DNA from: Mobula hypostoma
Taxonomy: Eukaryota
Assembly (NCBI RefSeq): GCF_963921235.1
Contig: NC_086097.1
Coordinates: forward strand, 34,102,001 to 34,166,000
DNA length: 64,000 nucleotides
Direction of reading: 5' to 3'
The notes under the pieces were generated by a model that saw only the letters and a list, made by a program, of their open reading frames with translations, did not search any database and was not told where the DNA came from. Below are positions 22,782 to 35,065 of this stretch, one piece after another. The position numbers and the translations under genes are program-made. Within the stretch, counting starts at the first letter, position 1. Every line of letters begins with the position of its first letter.

Positions 22782-24494
22782 GCCCAAGTTAACAGTAGGC
22801 CCAATTAACCAGATCCACTCTACTTATATAACCAGACCTGTCTCTTTCCCTAATACAAAATCTAGTATTGCATTCTCTCCATTTGGGACTTCTATGTACT
22901 GATTCAGGACATCTCCTGAACACATCTGACAAACTCTTTCCCATCCAGCCCGTTTACAGTACGGCAGTCCCAGTCTATCACAATCTTGGGTTTCTTGCAA
23001 TAGTCTGCGATCTCTCTACATATTTGTTCCTCTAAATCCCATGGACTGTTGCATGGTCTATAATATAATCCCATCAATGTGGTCATACCTTTCTTATTCC
23101 TCAGTTCCACCCATAAAGCCTCACAGTGAGCTCTCCAGTCTGTCTCTCCATTTAAGGTGCAAACCACCCACCCTGTACTGGTCCTGCCTTCCCTGGAAGA
23201 GTGGCCAATGATCAAAAAATCTGAAGCTCTCCCTCCTACACCATCTCCTTAGCTATGTGTTAAACTGTACCTTCCAATTTCTGGTCTCACTAGCACTTAT
23301 CATGAGTAGCCTGAGATCACAAGCTGGAGGTCCTGTCCTTTAACTTAGAACCTAACTCACTTTGCAGGACTTTGTCACCCTTCCTACCCATGTCATCAGT
23401 ACCGATATGGACCACGATCTCTGGCTGCTCACCCTCCCACTTAAGAATGCTGTGGACCGAAATGCCCCAGATCCTGGTACCCAAGGATGGAACGTACCAT
23501 CCTTGAATCTCATTCTCATCCACAGAACCTCCTTTCTCTTTCACTAAACAATGAATCCCCTATAACTACAGCTCGCCTCTTTTCTCCCCCCCTCCCCACT
23601 TTCCTTCTAAGCTACAGAGTCTGATTCAGTGCCAGGGACCGGACCGCTGTGTCTTTCCTCTGCTAGGTCACGTCCCCCACTAGTTTCCAAAACAGTATAC
23701 CTGGTGTTGAAGGCAATGGCTAAAGAGGTACTCTGTACTAGTTGCTTTTCCCCGTTCCCCCACCTGACGATCACCCAGATAGTTACCTGTGTCCTGGATC
23801 AGGTGCAACTACCTCCCTGCATGTCCTGCCGATCAACCCCTCAGCCTCCAGAATGACCCGGAGTTCATCCATCTGCTGGTCTGTTGGAAGCTGCAGCTGG
23901 ACGCACTTGTTGCAGGTATAGTCATCAGGGACACTGGATGACTCTCTCTGCCTTCCCACATCCTGCACGATTCCACTATCCTACCTAGATCTCCACTGCT
24001 CTAAATGCACAATAAGAAAGAAAGAATAAATAATGTCAGGCTGAAATTTATTCCACAGAGCATGGGAAACTGAGAGGTCATCTTACAGAAGTGAATAAAA
24101 TCATGAGGGATATAGACAGGGTGAATGCCCTTGATCTTTTTTCCCAGGATTGGAGAATCAAGAACTAGAGGGCATAGGCTTAAGGTGAGAGAAAGATTTA
24201 CTCGAAACTTGAGAAGAAATTTTTGTTTACACAGAAGATAGCAAATATGTGGAGTGAGTGGCTGGCAGAAGTGATAGAATAACAGCTTTTAAAAGACAGG
24301 TGGACAGATACATGGATTGGGAAGGCTTAGAACATTATGGGCAAATGGGACTAGCTTGGATGAGTTGCCTTGCTAGGCGTGGACCAGTCAGGCTGAAAAG
24401 CCTGTTTCAGTCTTATATAACTGTGTGACATTATTGGCTTCTTCGTGCTCATGTACCAACCATTATTTCTTGGTCTTGTGAAGGATTTTTAAAA

Positions 24495-24712
24495 ATTGAG
24501 ATACAGTACGGAATAGGCCCTTCCAGCCCTTTGAGCCGCCCCACCAAGCGGTTCCCTCAATTTTAATCCTGATTGGTAGATTAATCCCCCAATTAACCTA
24601 CCAACCGGTATGTCTTTGGACTGTGAGACGAAACCAGACAGCAGCAGGAATTGAACCTGGATCACTGGTACTGCAAAGCGTTGTGCTAACCACTATGCCA
24701 CTGTACCGCCCA
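24495..24712 (-). mobile_element. tRNA-derived SINE with CR1-like tail, internally deleted
   Basis: Minus strand carries A box TGGCATAGTGG and B box GGTTCAATTCC; 3' end is the reverse complement of GAATAGGCCCTTCCAGCCC. Confidence 0.7.
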
Positions 24713-25115
24713 ATATATTTATTTCCCACCACAATGCTGTTTTGTATTTTTCTTCATTCAATTATGTCGCTGCTAGTTTCATATCTTGCCAGATTTGGGC
24801 CTTCCATTATTCGCTGTATTTGGTAGCATTTGTAACTGTTTGGAGAAGGCTATATATAAAGTCATGCCCTCATAGGTAGCGTAGGGATTCAGTGGTGAAT
24901 TCATATTATTCCATGAACTCAGTAAATTGCCTAGAGGTGATTTGGGTTCCAATGTCACATAACCATTTCTCAGTAATCCTTTGAGTTGTAAGCAGAATTC
25001 AAGCTACTGGTGTAAAATGGGTAGGGTTCTCAAGACTTTCATCCTGATGAATGGGATCTTCGGAGAGTCGCCCACAACTATAAGTTACCATTTTTGTAAC
25101 CCAGCTCCCAATGTA

Positions 25116-25661
25116 CAGTACTGTGCAAAATTCTTAGACATATATATATATATACTGTATATAGCTGGGGTGGTCAGACTTTTGCACAGCACTGTATTTG
25201 TCAACGTGGAGTGAAGAGTGCGTTTGTAAATCCAGCAGGAGCAAAGTCTGTTGGGAATGGCGAGGGTGGAGTGCTGCGGGAGAGGTGTGGGACAGGTGGC
25301 AGAGAAGGAGTGCCAGGGCCGGGGGGGGGGGGCGGTGGCCTGAGACACCGAGCAAGGTCACCTGATTCCAAACAATTGGCTTATTGGTCAATACAGGATG
25401 TCTCTTTGGTGCTTCACAGTCCAAACCCTCTCCCTTCCCCTTTCCCCAGTCATGATTCTCCTCTCCCTGCCCCCTTCTCATTCTCAGTCCACAACAGAGA
25501 CCCACATTAAAATCAGGTTTATCATCACTCACATAGATCATGGTTTTTCTTTGTGGCAGCAGTACAATGCAATACATAAAATTACTATATTACTGTGCAA
25601 AAGTCTTAGGCACCCTAGCTATATATACTGTATCTGTGACTAAGACTTTTGCACAGTACTC
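25116..25661. mobile_element. Tc1-like non-autonomous composite with palindromic termini
   Basis: TA|CAGTACTGTGCAAAA...TTTTGCACAGCACTG|TA (25116-25194) and an inverted counterpart at 25588-25661. Confidence 0.65.
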
Positions 25662-26253
25662 TAGGCCATATACTTAGATCACTTTTTTCTATAAATCACC
25701 TTCTACAGAAATGGATTTGTGGCTACTAACAGCTCTGCTATGTTGCCACACCTTTTTTTTTGTTGGTGTGAGTGCTTAAGAAACAAAACATTGTCAGCTT
25801 GCAGCTTTTACTAAGGCTGCTCCTCTGTGTTTAATAGGCTTCTACCTGTAAAATGATGGAGGGCTTCCTATTGTAAAGCAGTATTTCCAGCTTATTCCAA
25901 TGTGCGTCACCATTTCATTAGTTCCCTAGAGTTTGCTTATGTATGAAAAACAGAAGCAATCGTGTACAAACATAGGTCTTCAGTTCTTTCTTTTGCTATC
26001 ATCTCAGTAATAGATACGACCTTTACTGGGGTTAGGTGAACTTCGCCTGCTATGCATGCCCTTCTGAAGATTGGGCATTCTTTCTCCTTCATGCTGCATT
26101 TGTCTGTATTTCAAAGTTAAAGTCAAAGTAGTTTTATATTTAAAGTACATATATGTCACCATACATTACCTTGAGATTCATTTTCTTGTAGGCATTTACA
26201 GGAAAATAAAGAAATACAATAGAATTTATGAAGAACTATTTAAGTAAACACAA

Positions 26254-26533
26254 CAAAATCTGCAGATGCTGGAAATCCAAGCAACACACACAAAATGCTG
26301 GAGGAACTCAGCAGGTCAGGCAGCATCTATGGAAACAAGTAAACAATCAATGTTATGAGCCAAGACCCTTCATCGGGACTGGAAAGGAAGAAGGAAGTAT
26401 ATAAACAAAGGGTCCTGACGAAGGGTTCCGGCCCGAAACGTCGACCGATCTTTTCCACGAATGCTGCCCGACCTGCTGAGTTCCTCCAGCGTGTTGTGAG
26501 TGTTGCATTGACCCCAGCATCTGCAGATTATTT
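26254..26533. mobile_element. Palindromic Penelope-terminus derivative
   Basis: AATCTGCAGATGCTGG...GGAGGAACTCAGCAGGTC on the left is mirrored by GACCTGCTGAGTTCCTCC...CCAGCATCTGCAGATT on the right. Confidence 0.8.
26411..26446 (+). ncRNA. Minimal type I hammerhead ribozyme motif
   Basis: GGTC-CTGACGA-A-GGG TTCCGG CCC-GAAAC-GTC-GACC; all core positions intact. Confidence 0.78.
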
Positions 26534-27639
26534 TGTGTTTATATAAACAAAGAACTGTCAAACAGCCAATTTACAGAAGAAGACAAATTATGTGAATGTT
26601 TTAAAATAAATAATAAATTTAGATTGAGCCTAAATTTAGTTTGAACTGTACTGAAATATGCCTCTTGTGTTTTATATTCTGTGTTTTCCATCTTTTTTTT
26701 TTGTTACTGTTGCACGTGGAGGGACGGGGTTTGATGTTTGTTGTTTTTCTTTGAATGGGTTCCACCGCTCTTTGTTTCGTGACTTTCTGTGGGGAAGATG
26801 AAATTCAGGCCTGTATACTGCAGACATGTTTTGATCATAAAGGAACTTTGAACATTTCCACTTCTTTCTATCAACTGATAGGGATGACATCTGTGGCCTT
26901 TATGATCTGCTCTGGAGATCTGAATGTCAGTTCCTATGCCAGCTGTCACCTTGCATCCTCCACAAGTCTCACCTGCTTTCTGCTGAAGAATCTCTGAAGG
27001 TCAAAATGTAAACAACAGATCTTGCAACATCCAAGTGGTGTTTAAGGATCTTGTCAACAGTACGGAATCTCATCGAGCTTCATAATCCAGTCCTTGTTCT
27101 TAGCACCAAGCGTGCTGAAAACTTTGGTGTCTGACAATGCCAGCATTATTTCTTCCTCTGTTGGAGCTGAGGAGTAGTTCCTCTTCATTACACATCTTCA
27201 GCAAATCATGAGGCTTCTCGCTCACTGCAATCAAGTTCACCCATCAGTGGGTTTAATGGTTTTGCCCTTTCTGCCTCATCTTTAGAGAATAGTTGTGGAA
27301 CATTGAGTAAACTACAGTACCATAATCTAGAGCACAAAAGTTTCTGCAGATGCACTATAATCTGGAAGTCTAATCTAACAATCTAGAGTTCAAATTTCAC
27401 TATGGTAGCCGTGTCAACTAAATTCAGTGAATAACTTGGAACAGCATCTACTCATGAATATCCTCCTAGGATTTGGTCTAGTTGTACTTCTAGAGACAGC
27501 TCATGTCGTCTAAAATGTCCTAGAAAGTCACTCAGCTATCATCAACACATTCCCCTTCCCCATCTCATTAGACTGCTTTCATATCCAGATCTGTCAAAAT
27601 CAAGCTATGAATGTAATCAATGACTGAGCAATCACTGTC

Positions 27640-28440
27640 TTCTACAGTAAAGTTTTCCAAACTTTTAGAATCCTTTCACTGAAGGCTTTTTCAGTCCTAA
27701 ATAATCCACCCCTTATTTTGAACTAGCAATTCCCCCAATTACAGACTGCTTAGCCAGGGTAAAAACATTCTCCCTGCAACCACTCCATTGAACCCTCTAT
27801 GAATTTTGTACATTTAAATGATGTTACCTTTTTTGGATGTAATGTCTATGTGAGAGCTATTCTACTCAAACCACTTCTCATGTGTCAGGTACATCGTCCC
27901 AGAAATCAGACTGGTGAATCTTTGTTGACTTCTTTCTAAACCCAATACAAGTTGTTCCTAGGCAAAGAAACCAAAATTGTGCAGGTTTGCTCTCAAAAGG
28001 AATCAACAATTGTGGCAAGACAGCTTCACTTTTGAACTCTAATGTACTTGCAATAAAAGCCAATTTGTTATTTCCTTCCTAATTATCTGGTACATCTGCA
28101 CATTCGCTTTCAGTGACTTGTGTACAAGGATAACAGTTCTTCTGAATATCAGTATTTTCTATTTCCTCAACTTGTAAAAAAGAACCTTCAGCATTGTCAA
28201 CTTTTCTACCTTCAGTATTGTACTCTATACATATATTAGATTATTACCTCCTCACCTATTTTGTCCTATTTCCTTGTGAACCCTCATACAATATTACCAT
28301 CACTTACATTCCCACTTAGCTTCTATCACCTCCAAATTTGGAACCTTCAACCAAATGGTTGCTATAGAAAGAGGTCCAAATAGAGATCCCTGCTTGACCT
28401 CAGTACGCCAAACTGAGGACACGTTTATTTCTTCTTTGTT
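27640..28440 (-). mobile_element. Old CR1 RT fragment
   Basis: Minus ORF MAFIASTLEFKSEAVLPQL...QFW resembles the CR1 LAFISRGIEFKSREVMLQL...QFW segment. Confidence 0.6.
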
Positions 28441-28704
28441 GTTTAATCTTGTTCACCAACCTGTGTAGAATCTATCAATCTGAAAATCTAAATTAAATTC
28501 GAAGTGGCCCCCAATCCTCTAATACGCTGAGCTGGAAGTACACTAAGTACAAGCTGTGAACCTTCTGCCTGCTATCTTTGTAAAAACTGGCTTGTAGAGA
28601 GCCCATGCTTGCAAGCCAGCTTTAGCGTAATGGAGCTTCAAACAAGGCATCCAAAGCCTGCTTGGGTAACGTAGTGGTATCCAAAGCCTGCTTGGGTAAT
28701 GTAG

Positions 28705-28880
28705 CAGTGCACTTAATATAGAGTTGTTGCCTCAGAGCTCCAGTGGCCCAGGTCCAATCCTGACTTCCAGTGCCATCTGTGGGGAGTTTGCACATTTTCC
28801 TGTGATCCTTGGGATTGCCCCCAGTGTTCCATTTTCCTTCTACAGCCCAAAGACCTGCTGATTGGTAAATTAGTTGTGAA
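28705..28880 (+). mobile_element. Degenerate tRNA-derived SINE
   Basis: B-box-like GGTCCAATCC, then TGTGGGGAGTTTGCACATT and TTCCATTTTCCTTCTACAGCCCAAAGAC. Confidence 0.6.
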
Positions 28881-30319
28881 GATCATAAAACCACTGGACA
28901 TAGAACCAGAATTAGGCCATTTGGCCAATTGAGTCTGCTCCGCATTGGAGATGCCAGTGTATGAAGGATTCTTCTCTCAGAAGGTAGTACGTTGCCGAAA
29001 TTTGGGTGTGAGTGATCTACTCCAGCTCCAAACTCCAGTGTTCATGGAGCAATGAATGACATTGCCTCGAAGCTAGTGTTCTCCACAGCTCCTCCTGATC
29101 CTCTACTAAAGATAGGTCAAGTCATTGATGGGGCCAAGCAGAGAGTAGGTTCCACTAACTTCTCCTCTATCATCATCACTGGATGGTAGGAGCTTCTCTC
29201 CATTTATTCCTTCAGGATGTAATGGGAAATCGGAAAAACAACGAGGAATGTTGACGGCCAGTCGATCAATTCTCAACCCAATTTTCCCAAATGGTATAAT
29301 TGATTGATTCTTTGAGGTGAGTAATCTAAAGGCTGAGGTTAAATGGAGAAACCAATAAAAGTGGAAGGCATATTAATAATAGTCTTAAAACAGCATCAGT
29401 GCCTTACTTATCTATAGTCCAAAATATGGATTCATGATAAAATCTCATTTAGCTTTACTCCAAACTTTGAGCTGAGATTTTGAAGGACTTTAGGAGTGCA
29501 GTTTCTCAATCTCTATGAGTTGTTACTTAAGGGGATATATGACGAGGTGAATAATTCGTCATCCTAATCTCAATCCACAATTACAGAAGCATCAATTTAA
29601 AATATTACATTAAGTTCATGATTGTAATTATGAAGAGCTTATAATAGATATGAAAGGCATTTGGAAAGGTTGGAGAAAAAAAATGTAATTGACCTGCAAT
29701 GAGCTTTAGGAATGGCAGTTAAATTATTTGTGGTAGGTCTTCCAGATGGTGTATGGGTAAATGTGCACTGGATCACAGAACTAAATCCCTCAAAGAGACG
29801 TCGAAAGGCTGAGAAACCTGTTTCATTCCAGAACTAGTGCTCAAGTGTGAAATGTAAATATTCTCAGCATTTTGCCCCCAGCTCCGTGGTTGCCAGCTGG
29901 GGACGGAATGCATTGCAAATTACTGACGTCAAGAATCTGGGATTGTCACAAATTGTCATTGTAATTGCGGCAATATGGGACACAGAATGAGCAAGCCCTC
30001 TATGCCGGTTTCGATGGGATGGAATAGTGGTACGAATATGGATTAAGTATTAGGAATCCAATCAAAGGACTTCTAGTGCGCTTTGAAATTTGGGCACAAC
30101 ATATAATGCATGCCAACATGGGACTGCATCAAGCACTGGCAAATGTTCAACTGGCATCGTTCTTGAGTTTGATGCAGAACCACCACACACTTGGAAAGAA
30201 AGTCTGCTCACTTTCATGTCATTTTAACACTTCCGAGCTTGGGTGACTGAGTTATAAACTAAGCTGATTGAGAGAAAAGATATGGATCTCAGTGTAAAAC
30301 CATCACATGGTCACATACA

Positions 30320-30905
30320 ACATAGAACAGTACAGAGCAGAAACAGGCCCTTTAGCCCACAATGTTGTGCTGAAAAACTTGAATTAGCTGTCAAATGCCC
30401 AACTAAACTAATCCCTTCTGCCTACACAATGTCCACTTCCCTCACATTCACATGCCTATCTAATAGTTTCTTAAAAGTCCCTAATGCACCTGCCTCCACC
30501 ATTTCCCCAAGCAGTTCCCGGCACCCTCTGTACTCTCTGTATAAAACTTGCTCCTCACATCTCTTTTGAACTTACTCTCTCTCACCTTAAGTGCATGCCT
30601 TCTGGTTTTAGGCACTGCAACGCTGAGAAAAATATACTGTCTTTGTCTGTTTCCCTATGCCTCTCATAATCTTACAAATTTCATTCAGATTTCCCCTCAG
30701 CCTCTGCTGCTGCAGGCAAAACAATCCACGTTTGCCCAGCCTCTCATTATAGCTCATACCCTCTAATCCAGGCAGCATCCTGGTAAACCTCTTCAGCCTT
30801 GACATCATTCCCATAACGGGGCAAACAGAACTGTATACAATACTCCAGATGCAGCCTACTTAGAATGTTATGAAGCTGCAACGTAACTTCCTGACTTTTG
30901 AACTC
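30320..30905 (-). mobile_element. CR1 3' fragment
   Basis: CATAGAACAGTACAG tail; RFTRMLPGLEGMSYNERL. Confidence 0.85.
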
Positions 30906-31789
30906 GGGAGAGAGGCTGTAAGATTCCTGCAGCCTTGCAGAGGCATCAGCAAACCCAGCGCTTTGTCACTTAGTTACACACAGAGGATCTGATGGCAGCT
31001 CAGGGAACTGATCATATGCCAGAGGCAAGGCAAGATCGCACCCTATGCCCTGACTCACCAACATGACACAAAATAGCATTTCACAGGCTGGAAATCAGAA
31101 GAAATTAGTCTTTTGTTTAATAGTAGTTTTTTTTTAACATCTTATGGAGCGGGCGTCTCTATGTTCTAAGAGACTAATTCCCAGTCATCATTTCATCTTC
31201 GTTATTTTCTCCTCTCTTTGGGGTACATTGCCCACAAATCACATGCAGAATTCTACTGTTGACGTCTTGAAGAAACATTTCCAACCAATGGACCACAGCA
31301 GGTCATAAAGGCAGTTCACCAGCACCTTATCAAGGGTGACAAGGGACCTTAACAACCATCCCTTCCCCTAGTTGTGTGTGGGTAAGGATATCATTTAGAT
31401 TGATCTGTTAGCCACACGTATATTGAAGCATACAGTGAAATGTGTCCTTTGTGATAACAACCAAAACAATCTGAGACTGTGCTGCGGGCTGCCCCAAGTT
31501 TCACCACATAGTCCAGTTGAAATGTAGCCTGCCCACAATGTTCAACAGAACAACACACAGCCAACGTACAACTAGCAAGTAACGGCAGCAAAACAAACCC
31601 CTTTCCCACCCCTAACCCCAGCCACACACACAGGCGGGCCTCGGACCCGACAAAAGATTTGGATCTCAACGTAGAACTATCACATGGTCAATGGTCTGGC
31701 TCACAACATAATGATCTGAGAAACTCTCTCTTTCTTCATACGGGCCAGTTATTATTGATTGAGCTCTAACTTGGTTTAAGTGGCCTACC

Positions 31790-32100
31790 ATGAGACCATA
31801 AATATACTGAATCTATAAGGAGGCCATTTGGCTTATCTTGTCTATGCCATCCCTCAAGGCATCCCCTCAGCTGCATTCTCCCACATTTTCTCTCACATGC
31901 CCATCAATTCCACCCTAATTCTCCTACCTACTAGCTAGACTAGGGGCCTGTTAACCTACTCTCCAGCACATCTTAAGGATGTGGGAGGAAAACAGAACAC
32001 CTAGGGGAGCCCATGTGAACCAGAAGAAATTATGCAAAACCCACACCTATGGTCAGGATAAAACCATCGTCAGTAGGCTTCAAGGCTGCACCACTGTGCC
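31790..32100 (-). mobile_element. Degenerate SINE with CR1-type tail
   Basis: GGATGTGGGAGGAAAAC core and CTGCACCACTGTGCC head, both in reverse orientation. Confidence 0.55.
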
Positions 32101-32777
32101 AAACTCACAGCCCCAAATAGGTGATCCTGAATTTTATACCGGGCGTCAAATCTTTTCTGAAGGTGGTCTGCGAGAAAGTCGGATCAACACAATCAATAAA
32201 CACACCTTATTCTCACCTGCTCCGACAACTGTGTAAAGAAATCTCACAGGACTGTTGGAGTGGAGTCTGTGGCGGTGGATCAGTTTAGGACTCGAAGACA
32301 TGGTTTGAATATTGGACTTTGAAAGGCAGGCCTTTCAGGTGTGACATTTGGAAACACATTTTCAAACAGAGGGTAAGAAATATGTGGAATAAATAGTAAA
32401 CATTGAACTGTCAACAGTAAATTTTAAATCTGAAAGCAAATAAAAAATATTGGACTACCGTTTCATCGATCACAGGAGCAGCTGAAAATCAAACTACCGA
32501 CATATTTCTTATTTGAAGTCAAGGTCCATCTTGCACACCTGAGCTATCAACCTCGCCACATTCTTGTATCTTTAGCCCAATATGTCTTTTCTTGCTCTGG
32601 TGCTCAATGAATATATGTTCTGCTTTTAGATTTAGGATTGTAATCCCAAACACAGTCTTTATTTGTTACAAGATGTTTTAACCTTAACCTTAAGATAGGC
32701 TTTATTTTTACTACTTCCTGACCAAAATGATTATAGAGTGACCGTTTTTTCCACTGTTGTCTCAATCTCAATGTAAT

Positions 32778-33360
32778 AAGACCATAAGACATAGGAGCAG
32801 AATTAGGCCATTCAGCCCATTGAGTCTGCTCCGCCATTAATCATGCCTGATCCATTTCCCTCGCAGCCCTATTCTCCTGCCTCCACCCCATAACCTTTCC
32901 TGCCCTGACTTATCAAGAATTGACCAACCTCCACTTTAAAGATGCTCAATGACCTGGCCTTCACAGCCAACTGTGGCAACAAATTCAACAGATGCATTGC
33001 CCTCTGGCTAAATAAATTCCTCCTCATCTCCACTCTAAATGGACGTCCCTCTATTCTGACATTGTGCCCTCTGATCCTAGACTCCCCCACCATAGGAAAC
33101 ACCCTCTGCACATCCACTCTATCTAGGTCTTTCAACCTTCAATAGGTTTCAATGAGTTTCTCCCTCATCCTTCTAAATTCCAGCATGTACAGGCCTAGAG
33201 CCATCTAATGCTTCACATATGATAAACCCTTCAATCCTGGAATCATGAAGCTCCTTTGAACCTTCTCCAATGTCAACACATCCTTTCTCAGATAAGGGGC
33301 CCAGAACCGCTCACAATACTCCAAGTGAGGCCTCACCAGTGCCTCATAAAGCCTCAGCAG
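32778..33360 (-). mobile_element. CR1 3' fragment
   Basis: AAGACCATAAGACATAGGAGCAGAATTAGGCC tail; [19 protein letters not shown]. Confidence 0.88.
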
Positions 33361-34425
33361 TGAGACTGTGTACTGGTGCTGATTTGCCAGTTCATTAAAT
33401 AGCAATTCTTCAACTAAACAATTAACTTTGCCACACATTAATAAGAATTATGATATACCAAACAAGACCAACAGATGTGAGCATTAAATGCAATATCACT
33501 AAAACATAATACATCAGCAATGACGTTCTCACAGCAAGTTCAGAACTAAAACTTTGTAAACTTTAGATGGTAAATTCAAGATTATTAGTAAAGTGGATTC
33601 AATGGTTCCATCTTATTCGTAAAATCTACAGAGGTAATTTTCTCAGTGATAATGGAACCAGTTATACATAGTGGAAGATGGCAATCAAAGTTTGAGTAGA
33701 CAAGTGGTAGCAGGAGAGATTTTTGGTAAGTTTAGGCATTAACAGAGAGCTGAAAGAAAGTTCTCAATCTTTGCACTGGACTGCTTCCTCAAAACAATAA
33801 ATATCAGTGATTATAAATATGTTTCCGATTCTTCGTTAATGCAGCATCTCCAGATTTTCCCTTGTTTAGGATCTTGCAGTAGCATTTCACTCTGATTCAA
33901 CCACTACCAGATATATTACCTTTGAACTAAAGGTGCACAGCTACATGCTGCATAATTCTCAACAAACCAAAAGAAATACATGGCATTCCAGAGAGAAAAT
34001 TCACCCCTTCCACCACTGACACCGTCTACACTCTTCACTTGCCAGCATCTACACCAGTCTTAGTCAACACCACAGGTGTCAACTGTGCTTTTGGATAGTC
34101 CAACAAGTTCTTTACTCCTTGCAATTGATTGCACTTAGCAAATTACTCAGTGTTATCCTGAAAACTTAAGAGGAAAGAGCTCACTTGAGACCAATGAACC
34201 AATGTACCGATTAAATGTTCCCCCTCTCTAGTGACTACATTTTAGGTAACAGTTCCTTAAAGCCACTGATCATTTTATGGACACTTAACACTGAGTTCAA
34301 TAACTCCTGCTGAGGTGTTTGTACTTCTTTCATCTTCTGCTTTTTAACTGTAGATTTACAGTGTTTCCCTTTTGATACACTATTTCCCTTTTGCAATTTT
34401 CAACATCACCTCTGCTCATCAACCT

Positions 34426-35065
34426 CAGTGCGCGTGGCCTCTCCAGTGAAATGATATCGTATTTATTAAATAGGGGCTGTGCACAATTCTGATTTGATGG
34501 AGACAGACATGAGAAGCACAGAGGAACACCTGGAGAAACTTCTGAAATGCCCGGTTCGCTGCCGCTGCTACTGTGCGATCGAGAATCTCCAGAGGGAAGG
34601 TCCCAAATCCTCGGCTTTGCCTGTTGCTGGCGGCCGGGGCTGGAGTCGAAGTGCTCGGCAGAGATGGTGCTCGGTGTTCGGTGTCGGAGGCTCGAAGTTT
34701 TCGGACGACTCAGAGTCGGACTGTGGTCAGGTGCTTCCAGGATGCTGCATCGGCAAGTTTGCGGCACTGGAAGCTCATGGCGGGGAGAGTTTTCTTCCTT
34801 CTCCCGTCTGTGAGAGATGGTGGGACTTTCGAGAGACTTTGAACTTTTTTTACCGTACCCGTGGCCTGTTCTTCATCAAGTTACGGTATTGCTTGCACTG
34901 TTGTAACTATACGTTATAATTATGTGGTTTTTGTCAGTTTTCAGTGTTGGTCTATCTTGTGTTTCTGTGATACCACGCTGCAGGAACATTGTATCATTTC
35001 TTAATGCATGCATTACTAAATGACAATAAAAGAGGACTACGTGTCCTCATAATCTAATCTAATCT
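34426..35065 (+). mobile_element. (AATCT)n-tailed retroposon, copy 1, slightly 5'-truncated
   Basis: Aligns along its length with copies 2-4; ends AATAAAA GAGGAC-TACGT-GTCCTC AT(AATCT)3. Confidence 0.85.

Larger units (their letters stand above)
14255..22820. mobile_element. Tigger/pogo-like non-autonomous element, split by the Gypsy (14255-14918 and 22782-22820)
   Basis: TA|CAGTGTATTCCTGTTAATTGGG ... CCCAATTAACCAGATCCACTC|TA: imperfect TIRs with a TA duplication inside the CR1 frame. Confidence 0.7.
12961..24036 (-). mobile_element. CR1 LINE with internal deletion, split into 12961-14254 and 22821-24036
   Basis: RT part (KLYKTLVRPNLEY, SKFVDDA) at 13.3-14.2 kb. CCAAATA|CTTATATA rejoins the YKYLDRQGLIR frame. 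APE (WVELRNKKGMTTLMGLYYRP) and ORF1 (HIGTDD, CNKCVQLQL) at 22.9-24.0 kb. Confidence 0.85.
12745..24430 (+). mobile_element. Outer CR1 3' fragment, split into 12745-12960 and 24037-24430
   Basis: GAGGTTGGACAG (ends 12960) continues as CAGGCTGAAATTTATTCCACAGAGCATGGGAAACTGAGAGGTCATCTTACAGAAG (from 24037), rejoining the RLDRLGLYSLERRRLRGDLIEV-type segment; CAG is duplicated. Confidence 0.75.
25850..27320 (-). mobile_element. Very old Gypsy RT remnant, interrupted by younger repeats
   Basis: Minus strand reads APTEEEIMLALSDTKVFSTLGAKNKDWIMKLDE (cf. PTIEEIL...KVFSKLDA..GYWQIKLDE), GIGTDIQI at the YxDD position, and PVKVVSITEM. Confidence 0.6.

Noticed and set aside
24645..24712. tRNA gene (A and B boxes present)
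   Set aside because: No acceptor stem, and the sequence continues into a SINE body; it is a SINE head.
28646..28705. Two adjacent 30-bp direct repeats, considered as CRISPR-like
   Set aside because: Only two abutting units with no spacer, in a eukaryotic context; a simple tandem duplication.
29924..29931. Perfect CRE palindrome TGACGTCA
   Set aside because: About one occurrence of a given 8-mer is expected by chance in 64 kb, and there is no promoter context.
34330..34919. Overlapping 88-146 aa ORFs, and their equivalents at 53.0 and 57.7 kb
   Set aside because: They lie in the GC-rich (AATCT)n retroposon and the frames are not preserved between copies.
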